33,600 nucleotides of DNA from Armatimonadota bacterium (GCA_049969195.1 JBMFPI010000001.1:1-33600), one strand, 5' to 3'. Shown: positions 1 to 10,076, numbered from the stretch's first letter. Program-made: numbers and translations. The notes: generated from the letters alone by a model not told the origin.

Positions 1-2506
1 TTCCGGCGAAGCGATCCAGCGGCAGCTCAAGGACGACCGGCACAGCCGAGCGGGCGGTCGCCTCGGCCTCAACACGCTTGCCGCCGCACTCACCGACCGC
101 CCGGAACACAACGCCGCCGCTGTGGCCTTCCGCCCCAGAATCTAGCCTGCACTCCGCCACCAGTTTCACCCCTTGCGACTCCGGTACGTATAGCCGGAAT
201 AGCGTCTCGGCCGCGCCCCATCCGCCGCCATCACCTTTCCACTGCGGATGCATAAAGAAGCCAGAGCCGCGCGGGTGCACGGCAACACCGGTGCGCTCCT
301 GAATTTCATACGTCAGCGGCTCTCGCCGGCCCGAAGGAGAAACATAGAACGCCTCGGCCCGTGACACGAGATCAAACCCTTCGACCAATACGTCGGTAGC
401 GGACGTACGTATAAACCCTACGACCGGCCCGGCGCAGGCAGATTCGATGGTCGCAGACCGGCCTTCGCACTCAATGTGGAAGGCGCCCGGGTCTCTAGGC
501 TCGGAGAAGTATACGTAGTACCGCGCAGGGTCCAGACCGCAGATGGTAGATCGGTCATAGCAGAATGAGTTGGGAATCGTCCCCGGAAGTCGCACCGACC
601 GGACGCCCGTCACGACCCTCACATGCTCTTCGACCGGCTTGAGCCGCTCGTCAGTCCGGCACAGTGCCCAGCCGTCTGCCAGCGAGACATAAGCAAACGG
701 CTCCCCCGTGTGCGAACGGTACGGAAAGTCGACCCACGACGGCCAGGGGCCGTCCATATACGGCTCCAGGCGGTTTTTCTGATGCACGATGATCTCCTGA
801 AGAGCCTGCCGCGCCGACGGAGTCGGTTTCGCCACCGTAGCTGCCTCGGGCCACCCGAAGCCCGGCAGCACACCCCAATGACGATACGCATCCCTCCAGG
901 CCAGGTGGAACTGTTCGCTATCCGGGGACCCGCTGGCCAGGTAGTCGTAGGGCCTAGTGCGCGCACCGAAGAGGTAGGCACAAATTGGATGAGTCTGCTT
1001 AATAGCAGCCCGGTTGAACGTTTGAGTGTGGGGATAGACGCCGGCAACGTGGCGCTGGGCAAAGGCTTCGTGGATCATTGTCACCTCGTTCAAGCCCTCT
1101 CCGCTCAAGACCACCCCGGGTATCGCCGACCTGAGCTCCCTGTGAAGCGCCAGGTTGCCCTGAGCCATATTGAGGCCGTCCACAAGGCCGCTCTTGTCGT
1201 TGAAGATGCACAGGGTTTGGTCCAGGTGAAGCGCATCAACGCCGGTTCGACGCACGAGATCCGCCATTTTCGCGACGAAAAATGTCCTCCATTCTCGCGA
1301 AGCGGGGTTGATGTAGGCGAATCTGATAGAGGGCTGTCCGGGCGGCCATTCCCACCACTGCAGCGCACCCGAATAGCGATGCCTGATCTGAAACGGCTTG
1401 AACTTCTCGTAGTCCGGCATCTTGGGATCGCATCCGAAGTAGTTGACGTGCAGCATCACCCGGAACCCCAGCTCGTGGGCCTTCGCTACGAAGGGCGCAA
1501 GATCGTCGGCCGGCGTGTAATCCGGATAGTTGACGTCATAGGGATGGGCGCGCCATCCGGAGACGTATAAAATCGTCTGTCCCGGGTCGACACCGGCTTT
1601 CACAAGCGCATCCAAGGCAGCCGGGTCAGTCGTGCAGTGGATTTCGGCGCGGATATCCCGAACCCAGGCAGGTTCCTCGGACGGATTGGGCCTGAATGTC
1701 CTGCGGTGCCAGTCGCGGTAAATCGACGCTCCCCGCCTCCACTCGCCCTTGTACGGTCGAATGTGCCACTCGAGCGATTCCACTCTTCGCTTACCCTCAA
1801 AGGGCGCGTTGTTCTCGGACTCCAGCACTATGTTCCATCCGATACGGCCGGGTGTAAGGTGCAGGTTCTTGAACCGCTTGAACGGTTCAAATGCGCAGAT
1901 CAGAATACCACCGTGCTTGCCCTGCACCTGAAGCATCGCAGCCTCCCAGGTTATGGGCCATTCCATACTCTGCACGCTTCGGAAACCGTCGGATCTATAG
2001 GCATTGCCGCCGGTTGTGGGCACGATAACCTGGGTGTGGGAAAGTGTCGAGCCCAGAGAAAAGCTCATTGACGCGAGACCCTCGAACCTGCCGTCGGCCG
2101 TTGTTCGACCTGAAACGACCAGCTCGTCCTCCCCGGCCCTGACATTAATCGTGACGTCGGCGTCACAGCCCGCGTGCCGGATTCGGCCGGTAAAGCTGAC
2201 CCTGTCGGCTGCCCCGATGCGTGCGGTGAAACTCCCGGGCCTGTCCGGGGACGCAACAATCGACGATCCCTTCTCTACAAAGTGAACCGCCGGGGCGAGC
2301 TTATCTCCGCACAGCAGCGTTTCCCCCGTGGCCCTGTCCTTGAAATACACCAGCGAGCCCCCTGCCAATCTGGCAAGGTAACGGCTCGTAGAAACCTCGG
2401 CCGTATCGGCCTTTACCATCACTCTAGGCCGCGCCGAAACGCTCTGCGCCGACAAGACGGCAAGCAGCAGTGCGCACACGCAGCCCGCGTATCTGAGTTC
2501 AGTCAA
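1..2506 (-). CDS. secreted glycoside-hydrolase-like (TIM-barrel-like) protein, partial (C-terminus beyond left edge)
   Basis: Uninterrupted minus-strand frame from TTG at 2506 (AGGGAG 8 nt upstream) to position 1. It is probably absent from the ORF track because it has no stop in the window. Hand translation starts MTELRYAGCVCALLLAVLSAQSVSA (signal-peptide-like) and contains GFRVMLHVNYFGCD, VDALHLDQT and LSGEGLNE, typical of (beta/alpha)8 glycosidase-like cores. The frame was re-checked at 1-60, 619-700 and 1561-1620. The + strand ORFs here (e.g. 623..1570) are Arg/Pro-rich antisense shadows. Confidence 0.7.
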   Translation of the reverse strand, partial: MTELRYAGCVCALLLAVLSAQSVSARPRVMVKADTAEVSTSRYLARLAGGSLVYFKDRATGETLLCGDKLAPAVHFVEKGSSIVASPDRPGSFTARIGAADRVSFTGRIRHAGCDADVTINVRAGEDELVVSGRTTADGRFEGLASMSFSLGSTLSHTQVIVPTTGGNAYRSDGFRSVQSMEWPITWEAAMLQVQGKHGGILICAFEPFKRFKNLHLTPGRIGWNIVLESENNAPFEGKRRVESLEWHIRPYKGEWRRGASIYRDWHRRTFRPNPSEEPAWVRDIRAEIHCTTDPAALDALVKAGVDPGQTILYVSGWRAHPYDVNYPDYTPADDLAPFVAKAHELGFRVMLHVNYFGCDPKMPDYEKFKPFQIRHRYSGALQWWEWPPGQPSIRFAYINPASREWRTFFVAKMADLVRRTGVDALHLDQTLCIFNDKSGLVDGLNMAQGNLALHRELRSAIPGVVLSGEGLNEVTMIHEAFAQRHVAGVYPHTQTFNRAAIKQTHPICAYLFGARTRPYDYLASGSPDSEQFHLAWRDAYRHWGVLPGFGWPEAATVAKPTPSARQALQEIIVHQKNRLEPYMDGPWPSWVDFPYRSHTGEPFAYVSLADGWALCRTDERLKPVEEHVRVVTGVRSVRLPGTIPNSFCYDRSTICGLDPARYYVYFSEPRDPGAFHIECEGRSATIESACAGPVVGFIRTSATDVLVEGFDLVSRAEAFYVSPSGRREPLTYEIQERTGVAVHPRGSGFFMHPQWKGDGGGWGAAETLFRLYVPESQGVKLVAECRLDSGAEGHSGGVVFRAVGECGGKRVEAEATARSAVPVVLELPLDRFAG

Positions 2507-2557
2507 GAGGCTTGCTCCCTGTTTGTCATTCCGGAGTTTCAGTTACTCAAGTATACA

Positions 2558-2629
2558 GGGATTGCTGCGATATAACGCAAATCCGGCGTTTTCGGTGATT
2601 TGACGCTCCTGTGCTGCGGGAACTCAGCC
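2558..2629 (-). repeat. palindromic intergenic element (PE) copy A, half/decayed
   Basis: GGGATTGCTGCGATATA-ACGCAAATCCG-GCGTTTTCGGTGAT-TTGACGCTCC... matches the bulge-bearing arm plus centre of the family in inverted orientation. The second arm is not recognisable. Confidence 0.55.
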
Positions 2630-2701
2630 TCCCGCACATCCGGTGGGCGAGTGCGACATAGCCGTTCCCACAGCACGCAGGAGGATAGGTGCCTGTAGCA
2701 C

Positions 2702-2766
2702 AAAAAAAAGACACCCGCCCCGTATGCCCGTTGACACGACGGAGTCATCGGCACGGAGCAGGTGTC
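2702..2766 (-). terminator. rho-independent terminator of groES-groEL
   Basis: On the minus strand about 18 nt after the groEL stop. A ~14-bp GC-rich stem (GACACCTGCTCCGT / ACGGGGCGGGTGTC, two G:U) is followed directly by T8 (A8 at 2702-2709 on +). Confidence 0.7.
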
Positions 2767-2783
2767 CGGGTTGCTACGTCTTG

Positions 2784-4454
<1,671 letters not shown>

Positions 4455-4509
4455 CTAAATATATCACGAAGAGAGGCACTTGATCTTCGCACCCGACTTT
4501 CGACTCCGT

Positions 4510-4794
4510 TTATGTCTTTATCGCGTAGATTGAATCCTGATCGAGGATGACATATTCCTTGCCATCGACCGTGACCTCAGTGCCGGCGTACTTGGCGTAG
4601 ATCACCCTGTCTCCCTCCTTGACAGCCATCTCGCCGCGAGAGCCGTCATCGAGGACTTTCCCGGGGCCTACAGCGACCACAATCCCCTCCTGCGGCTTCT
4701 TCTTGGCAGTGTCGGGCAAGATGATCCCGCCGGGGCTCTTTTCTTCCTCCTCTAGCGGTTCGACGACCACCTTGTCACCCAGGGGCTTGATCAT
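4510..4794 (-). CDS. groES: co-chaperonin GroES (Cpn10)
   Basis: 94-aa [47 protein letters not shown], immediately upstream of groEL. CAGGAGGTG RBS. Confidence 0.98.
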   Translation of the reverse strand: MIKPLGDKVVVEPLEEEEKSPGGIILPDTAKKKPQEGIVVAVGPGKVLDDGSRGEMAVKEGDRVIYAKYAGTEVTVDGKEYVILDQDSIYAIKT

Positions 4795-4860
4795 TGTGCT
4801 GTGTCACCTCCTGTATGAATTTTGAAAGTCAGAGGCTGCGGAGACATCCTCCGCGGGCCG

Positions 4861-4887
4861 TTAGCACTCTCCACTCTCGAGTGCCAA
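4861..4887 (-). promoter_or_regulatory. CIRCE operator (HrcA binding site)
   Basis: TTAGCACTC-N9-GAGTGCCAA, one mismatch to the CIRCE consensus TTAGCACTC-N9-GAGTGCTAA. It lies 67 nt upstream of the groES start, between the promoter and the RBS. Confidence 0.85.
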
Positions 4888-4890
4888 AAT

Positions 4891-4920
4891 ATTCTAACGG
4901 ACAGGGAAAGTCATTGTCAA
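4891..4920 (-). promoter_or_regulatory. sigma70-type promoter of groESL
   Basis: Minus strand reads TTGACA-18 nt-TAGAAT (TGTCAA at 4915-4920, ATTCTA at 4891-4896 on +), directly upstream of CIRCE. Confidence 0.6.
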
Positions 4921-5101
4921 GGGGTGCGGGCGAGCAATCTGTGCATTTCGCGCGTTGTTTTCGTGGAGCTTTTTGTGCTCCGGGGAACGCTCAACTGTTC
5001 CGTAAGTATCCTTTTTCTGCGGCTCAGGCACGGCTGGCCGCGAGCTCGCTTTGCGGCAGACAGACTCAGGTTCGCTCGGCATACCCAACGCCTCACCCCC
5101 A

Positions 5102-5124
5102 CCCTCTCCCGCAAGGGGAGAGGG
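5102..5124 (+). terminator. orphan GC hairpin with T-rich tail
   Basis: CCCTCTCCC-GCAAG-GGGAGAGGG (9-bp stem) followed by AGTTCTATTTTA. There is no + strand gene upstream. Confidence 0.3.
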
Positions 5125-5170
5125 AGTTCTATTTTACCCCGTCCTGCAAATTGAGATGGTGCTCCACTTC

Positions 5171-5270
5171 GGATCGTTGTTGCGGGCGCGTTTTCGGCGA
5201 CCCTCCTGCCTAATCGAGGAGCTTCGAATTGCCGAGAAACGTCGTGAGTGATTTCTATCGCAACAATCTC
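5171..5270 (+). repeat. PE copy B (near full length)
   Basis: GGATCGTTGTTGCGGGCGCGTTTTCGGCGA ... TTGCCGAGAAACGTCG-TGAGTGATTT-CTATCGCAACAATCTC. The inner stem has 12 bp with one bulge and one G:U. Confidence 0.8.
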
Positions 5271-5272
5271 AG

Positions 5273-5302
5273 TGTAAAGAACTGTTACCCCGGTGGTATA
5301 AT
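5273..5302 (+). promoter_or_regulatory. candidate extended -10 promoter for tspO
   Basis: TGgTATAAT (5294-5302) with a weak -35 TGTAAA (5273-5278, 18-nt spacer). Sits between PE copies B and C, 180 nt upstream of the tspO ATG. Confidence 0.5.
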
Positions 5303-5320
5303 GCGTGAGATACTAGTGGG

Positions 5321-5419
5321 TCAGGCTGTTGTGACCGACGCGTTTTCGGCGATTCCTCAGGTTAGTGCGTGCGTGTTGAATCGTCGAAGGCGCTGCGTTT
5401 GACTGTTATCGTAACGGCC
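5321..5419 (+). repeat. PE copy C (full, diverged)
   Basis: TCAGGCTGTTGTGACCGACGCGTTTTCGGCGA ... TCGTCGAAGGCGC-TGCGTTTGAC-TGTTATCGTAACGGCC. The 13-bp inner stem (5340-5352 with 5381-5393) contains 3 G:U pairs on the + strand. Confidence 0.8.
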
Positions 5420-5481
5420 GCTCACCGCCCTGACTACGGGGGCTCGTGAAGGCGGAAGTCTTCGAAATGCGAGGGACAAAT

Positions 5482-5970
5482 ATGTCGGCGCGGACCAGAG
5501 ATATCCTGTCACTCATTGCCTTCCTGCTGGTATGCCAGGCAGCGGGAGGTATAGGCGGATTGTTCACAGCGTCGTCATTAGGAACGTGGTATGCCGAGCT
5601 TCGCAAGCCGCCTTACAACCCGCCTAATTGGGTATTTGGTCCCGTCTGGACGACCCTTTACGTCCTGATGGGCATCGCCGCATGGCTGGTTTGGCGCCGC
5701 CGAGGCGAGGGTGTCGACGTCAGACCTGGGCTGGTCCTTTTCGCGGTGCAGATCGTTCTAAACGCGCTGTGGTCCATAATCTTTTTCGGCTTGAAGTCGC
5801 CAGGGCCGGCATTCGCCGAGCTGGTGGTGCTGTGGGGCGCGATTTTCGCCACGATGTTGCTGTTTCTCAGGACATCGATTGCGGCTGGAATCCTGCTGGT
5901 CCCGTACCTGGTCTGGGTCAGCTTCGCAGGGGTTCTGAACTATGCGATCTGGGCGCTGAATCGCTATTGA
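5482..5970 (+). CDS. tspO: TspO/MBR tryptophan-rich sensory protein
   Basis: ATG at 5482 with GAGGGA RBS. 162 aa with five TM-like segments and WYAELRKPPYNPPNWVFGPVWTTLYVLMG. The track ORF starts 36 nt further upstream at a GTG. Confidence 0.9.
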   Translation: MSARTRDILSLIAFLLVCQAAGGIGGLFTASSLGTWYAELRKPPYNPPNWVFGPVWTTLYVLMGIAAWLVWRRRGEGVDVRPGLVLFAVQIVLNALWSIIFFGLKSPGPAFAELVVLWGAIFATMLLFLRTSIAAGILLVPYLVWVSFAGVLNYAIWALNRY

Positions 5971-6069
5971 GGTTGTTGCGATAGCCGCGTTTTCGGGGAC
6001 TATCCTGCTCAGTCGCGAGGCATCAAATCGCCGAAAACGCTGAGTTTGCGCCCTATCGCAACAACCTCA
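5968..6069 (+). repeat. PE copy D (best preserved, reference copy)
   Basis: 17-bp perfect outer inverted repeat TGAGGTTGTTGCGATAG (5968-5984) / CTATCGCAACAACCTCA (6053-6069). 10-bp inner stem GCGTTTTCGG (5987-5996) / CCGAAAACGC (6031-6040). 12-nt one-sided bulge TGAGTTTGCGCC (6041-6052). The first 3 nt are the tspO stop codon. Confidence 0.9.
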
Positions 6070-6119
6070 GGGATACCACAAGCAGTCTCTCGACCGCGCA
6101 GTTGCGCGTGTAGGCTTGC

Positions 6120-7055
6120 TTATTCAACATCTCCCAGCCGCTTGGCCCCCTCGCACACACCCTGGAACCGACACCACCGGCAGTGATCCGGATTGTCCGT
6201 TAAGGGGAACCGGCTAATGTCCGCATCCTCGAACGCCACCGGCTCGAGCTCGAGCATTTCCTCAAAGCTGCTCTTGACGAGCTCAGTCACGTCCATGATA
6301 TCCTGCGGGGTGGGCGTGAAGGTCTCGACTTTCAATACTGGCTGCAGGTATACAGCAGCGAGCCGCGCCTCGCACGGTTCCCACCCCCAGTTGTGTCGAG
6401 CATATAGTGAGTAAAGGACGAGCTGTCGCCGGTCGTCGTCATCAGCGGCGCCGGTTTTCCAATCTATAATGGCCGGCCGGTCCTGGAACCAGGCAAAATC
6501 GGGACGCGCATACACTTTGATCCCTTCGAGCTCGAATGATGGAAACCCATCCTCGTCCATCGCCATCCAGGTCGCTGGATCAGTTTCGGCGATTTCGACC
6601 CACAGCTTGGACCTGAAAAGGTTCTCGATGGAAGCTGCGGCGACGTCGCGGTTTTCCCTGGCTCTGCGTTCGGTATCCGGGAATCCGTAGTAGTGCTCCA
6701 GGAGATTCGTGAACTCCGAGGCTCTTCGGCCGGGAGGACGGTTGTCGATATGCCAGACTCTGTAATAGGATTCGCGCATCTTCTCGCGCATCAGCGAGGT
6801 TATGCGCTCGCGCGCGGCGTCGAGATCGACCCGGCGCCCTTCGCGCAGTGCGGCCAGTGATTCTGCGATGACCTGGTGCGTGACCTTCCCGCGCAGCATA
6901 GAAAGCGTGGTAATGTTGCGCATTTCGTAGAGCTTCCATCTCAGCTTCGGATCCTGGCCCCAGAAGCGCCAGTAGAAGTAGTATCTCCGGCAGTCGGTAA
7001 AATGCGTCTTTTGAGAGAATGACCAGCTCAGTTGGGAAGGTCGCCAGTCTTGCAT
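6120..7055 (-). CDS. Cas4/AddB-like PD-(D/E)XK nuclease with 4-Cys Fe-S motif
   Basis: Start taken at ATG 7055 (MQDWRPSQLSWSFSQKTHFTDCRRYYF...). Motifs: PDFAW...IIDWKTG (D...DxK), RRQLVLYSLY (QxxxY), and one N-terminal Cys plus C-terminal CRWCRFQGVC (Cx2Cx5C). The 434-aa long form in the track overlaps the well-supported N-terminus of the divergent gene. Confidence 0.8.
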   Translation of the reverse strand: MQDWRPSQLSWSFSQKTHFTDCRRYYFYWRFWGQDPKLRWKLYEMRNITTLSMLRGKVTHQVIAESLAALREGRRVDLDAARERITSLMREKMRESYYRVWHIDNRPPGRRASEFTNLLEHYYGFPDTERRARENRDVAAASIENLFRSKLWVEIAETDPATWMAMDEDGFPSFELEGIKVYARPDFAWFQDRPAIIDWKTGAADDDDRRQLVLYSLYARHNWGWEPCEARLAAVYLQPVLKVETFTPTPQDIMDVTELVKSSFEEMLELEPVAFEDADISRFPLTDNPDHCRWCRFQGVCEGAKRLGDVE

Positions 7056-7158
7056 ATTTGCTGGTTCAACGCTTCCATCGGCATTCCTGCCGAGCGGCAA
7101 GGGAAAGTGCTCGTTTTCGACGAAGTGACCTTTGCACGTTTCTGGAGGTCTATCGTTG

Positions 7159-8169
7159 ATGCAACCGATCGAAGCAATAGAAATTAATCGTCTGGCGATA
7201 CACGGGATAAGCAACTTCTCGGATGAGCCGGACATCGCCGACAGGGAAGAGGTCCTCTCTGAAGGCTTGCGGCATTTCTTCGAGGAACACATTCGCAACT
7301 GCGCGAAGTCACCGGGCGCTAAAGCAGGCAAGTTCAGAGGTTCCGACCGGACCGTTTCCGCCTGTGCGGCGCAAATGATGGCCGCGCCGGACGAGTTTGT
7401 GGAGAAGTGCGCCGTAATCGGCAAGTGGTTCGCCCATCAGACACGTCTGCTCTCCGATTTTCAAACGTACCTTGCCGTTGCTCTTTTCACAGACCCAACT
7501 TCCGAGGAGCGATATCTCGCCATCCTGAAACTTGATCCGGTTACGGCGTATGTGCGCCGGTCCAATGTGGCGGATTTCGAACAGGTAAAGATCCTCCCCG
7601 ACCCGACCCGGCATCTGGGAAGGTTCGCTATCCTCCAGCCCTACAACGACGATGCGCGATATGACCTGATCTTCCGCAACCAGCCTTTCTGGAAAGACGA
7701 GGATCCCGAGTCTGCGGCCATCTGGCTGGATGGTTTCCTCGAAGCGGAGGAGGTGGCGACGCCGCGGCAGATGACGCAGCTAGTGATGAAGGAAACCGAG
7801 AGGTGGATCGAATCGCGCATCGATGAGATCGGCGAGGAGTCGGCAGCACAGCTCAGGAACGCCGTCCGAACGCTCGCTCAGAGTGACGAGCTCGACATCG
7901 AGGCGATCGCTTCGGAAGCGATACCGGACGAAAATCACCGCGGGGACTACATCGGGCGACTCCTGGACCGCGGACTCACCGAGACGCGTTTCGCACCCGA
8001 CCGCGCCTGGGCCGAGCGCGCCTCTCGCAGGACGACTTACCTTTGCGACGACGGCGTGCAAATCAGCGGCCCGAGCGACGTAATCGACGACGTGGTCCAG
8101 ATACTCCCCAGAACCCCTGATCGCAAGACCCGGATCGTCATCGAAACTCGCAGGTTCGTTATGAAGTGA
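7159..8169 (+). CDS. NA37 family nucleoid-associated protein-like (NdpA/YejK-like)
   Basis: ATG 7159 with GGAGG 10 nt upstream. N-terminus MQPIEAIEINRLAIHGI resembles the YejK start (..I.QIALHQL). The central YLAILKLD block, length (336 aa) and overall layout fit the family. Assignment is by remembered family pattern only. Confidence 0.6.
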   Translation: MQPIEAIEINRLAIHGISNFSDEPDIADREEVLSEGLRHFFEEHIRNCAKSPGAKAGKFRGSDRTVSACAAQMMAAPDEFVEKCAVIGKWFAHQTRLLSDFQTYLAVALFTDPTSEERYLAILKLDPVTAYVRRSNVADFEQVKILPDPTRHLGRFAILQPYNDDARYDLIFRNQPFWKDEDPESAAIWLDGFLEAEEVATPRQMTQLVMKETERWIESRIDEIGEESAAQLRNAVRTLAQSDELDIEAIASEAIPDENHRGDYIGRLLDRGLTETRFAPDRAWAERASRRTTYLCDDGVQISGPSDVIDDVVQILPRTPDRKTRIVIETRRFVMK

Positions 8170-8203
8170 CGGTCAGCGGCGTCGAAAGCTACAGTGATGT
8201 GAA

Positions 8204-9829
8204 GTGTCCACGAAGCTCAATGTGCTCATATGCGTCTCGTTGGTTGTCATAACGGCTGCCGTCTACTGGCAAACATGCGGGTTCGACTTTACCAACTTCG
8301 ACGACCGGGTTTACGTAACCGGGAATCAGCACGTCCTCGGCGGGCTGACCCGCGAGAACATCCTCTGGGCATTCACAGCGCGGCGCGCAAACAACTGGCA
8401 TCCTCTGACGTGGATATCCCACATGGTTGATGTGGAGCTGAGCGACTTGGATCCGGGCGCGCATCATATGACGAATGTGATCCTTCACGTCATCAACACG
8501 CTGCTGGTTTTCGTGGTCCTCAACCGGATGACGAACCGCGCGTGGCCAAGCGCGTATGTGGCAGCGCTGTTTGGGGTTCATCCACTCCACGTAGAATCGG
8601 TAGCCTGGATCGCTGAGCGCAAGGACGTACTGAGCACGTTCTTCTGGCTACTCACCACGCTGGCCTACGCGCGTTATGTCAAGAATCCTCGGCCGGCGAA
8701 GTACGCATTGGTTATCGTCGCGTTCATCCTGGGCCTACTGTCAAAGCCCATGCTCGTGTCGTTGCCCCTAGTGCTCTTGATGCTGGATTACTGGCCTCTG
8801 CATCGCGGGTCGTCGTCTTTATCGGGCGTGCGCTTGTTTCGCGGTTTCGTGATGGAGAAGATTCCCCTCTTCGTGCTCGCACTCGCCTCGTGTGTGGTCA
8901 CGTTCTGGGTGCAGAAGACGACAGGTGCGGTGGCGACACTCGACGCCTACCCACTGGGCGTGCGGCTGGCCAATGCCGTGTCCGCGTACCTCCAATACCT
9001 GATCAAGGCCGTCTGGCCTGTGGGCCTTGCGTGCTACTATCCCCACCCCGGCCCCACTCTCCCAGTCTGGCAGACCGCGATGTCTGGAGTGATTCTGTCG
9101 GCAGTCACTGTTCTTGTCGTACGCCATGCGAGCAAAAGACCTTACCTTCTCGTCGGCTGGCTGTGGTATCTGGTAACGTTGATACCAGTTATCGGACTAG
9201 TTCAAGTCGGCAAACAGGCGATGGCCGATCGATATACGTATGTGCCTCTGATTGGCATCTTCGTCATTGTCGCGTGGGGTGTGCCTGATCTGGCGCGCAG
9301 GCTGAGTTTCGGCCGCGGGGAGCTGTCGGTCTGGGCCGGCAGATCGGGCATAGGGGCCGCAGTCGCGATCGTTGCCGTGCTGGCGTTCGCGACACACAGA
9401 CAGGCAGCCTATTGGCGCAACGACAACTCGATCTGGACCCGCGCCCTTGCTGTAACGAAGAACAACGCTTTTGCTCACTACAACCTAGGTACCACTCTGG
9501 CCACCCAGGGCGATAGCGACGGAGCCATCCGACATTTCAGGGAGGCAGTGCGGATCGACCCGAGGAAGTTCGATGCGTACTGTAACTTGGGCGTGATGCT
9601 TGCGCAGAAAGGTGACCTCGACGAAGCCATTAAACATTTCCGGGCCGCGGTCAAACTCAAACCCGGCGATCCCGTGTCACGGAGCAATCTGGGGCTCGCG
9701 CTCGTCAAGCGCGGGCAATATGCCGAAGCTATTCCGCACCTCCGCGCGGCGCTCAAGGCCAATCCGGAGGATGCGGATTCCAGAGAAGCTCTTGCTGTGG
9801 CTGTGGAACAAACACAACGGGCAAAGTAA
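8204..9829 (+). CDS. TMTC-like GT-C glycosyltransferase with C-terminal TPR repeats, paralogue 1
   Basis: GTG start. [51 protein letters not shown] (DUF1736-like) and [14 protein letters not shown], multiple TM segments, then TPR repeats (AHYNLGTTLATQGD...). These motifs parallel human TMTC (FVFDD, YRPLT, YHLLN..H, LFAVHPIHTEAV..GRAELL, AERILYVPSMGF). Confidence 0.85.
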   Translation: MSTKLNVLICVSLVVITAAVYWQTCGFDFTNFDDRVYVTGNQHVLGGLTRENILWAFTARRANNWHPLTWISHMVDVELSDLDPGAHHMTNVILHVINTLLVFVVLNRMTNRAWPSAYVAALFGVHPLHVESVAWIAERKDVLSTFFWLLTTLAYARYVKNPRPAKYALVIVAFILGLLSKPMLVSLPLVLLMLDYWPLHRGSSSLSGVRLFRGFVMEKIPLFVLALASCVVTFWVQKTTGAVATLDAYPLGVRLANAVSAYLQYLIKAVWPVGLACYYPHPGPTLPVWQTAMSGVILSAVTVLVVRHASKRPYLLVGWLWYLVTLIPVIGLVQVGKQAMADRYTYVPLIGIFVIVAWGVPDLARRLSFGRGELSVWAGRSGIGAAVAIVAVLAFATHRQAAYWRNDNSIWTRALAVTKNNAFAHYNLGTTLATQGDSDGAIRHFREAVRIDPRKFDAYCNLGVMLAQKGDLDEAIKHFRAAVKLKPGDPVSRSNLGLALVKRGQYAEAIPHLRAALKANPEDADSREALAVAVEQTQRAK

Positions 9830-9912
9830 CAGTTCGGCGAGGTTTCAACGTCCCGCTGGACAGTCCGGTTGCGCGGGAATCACCTTATGCTGAGTTTATC
9901 TCGGCACCCAGG
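9830..9912 (+). repeat. PE copy E0 (5'-truncated, decayed)
   Basis: Begins 1 nt after the paralogue-1 stop: CAGTTCGGCGA - GGTTTCAACGTCCCGCTGGACAGTCCGGTTGCGCGGGAA - TCACCTTATGC-TGAGTTTATCT-CGGCACCCAGG. The centre and bulge are recognisable; the arms are decayed. Confidence 0.45.
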
Positions 9913-9981
9913 CGCCCAATGGATGGATCCTGAATCGAGTTCACGATGACGGGGGTCTTGGGCATTTGCGCCTGTAAGGCA

Positions 9982-10033
9982 AGACTGAAACCAAACGGGA
10001 GAATCGCCGAAAACACGCGTACTGCAACAGCCT
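9982..10033 (-). repeat. PE copy E1 (half copy)
   Basis: GACTGAAACCAAACGGGAGAA-TCGCCGAAAACACGCG-TACTGCAACAGCCT is the bulge-less arm plus part of the centre, in inverted orientation. Confidence 0.5.
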
Positions 10034-10076
10034 GCTTGCCCGGCCGTTTGACCGATAACTCGCTCGCTGTTAGACT

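Noticed and set aside
623-1570. 315-aa + strand ORF and neighbouring ORFs in 78-2575
   Set aside because: They have Arg/Pro/Gly-rich composition typical of antisense frames in high-GC DNA. The opposite strand carries one continuous, protein-like frame.
6120-7424. 434-aa long form of the nuclease ORF overlapping the NA37-like gene by ~290 nt
   Set aside because: The extra 123 N-terminal residues are low-complexity and lie antisense to the well-conserved N-terminus of the NA37-like protein. The family-typical nuclease N-terminus starts at the ATG at 7055.
5968-8203. Nuclease/NA37 pair as part of a prophage or genomic island
   Set aside because: No integrase, tRNA target, direct repeats or visible compositional shift is present. 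The flanking PE copy is part of the genome-wide family, not an island border.
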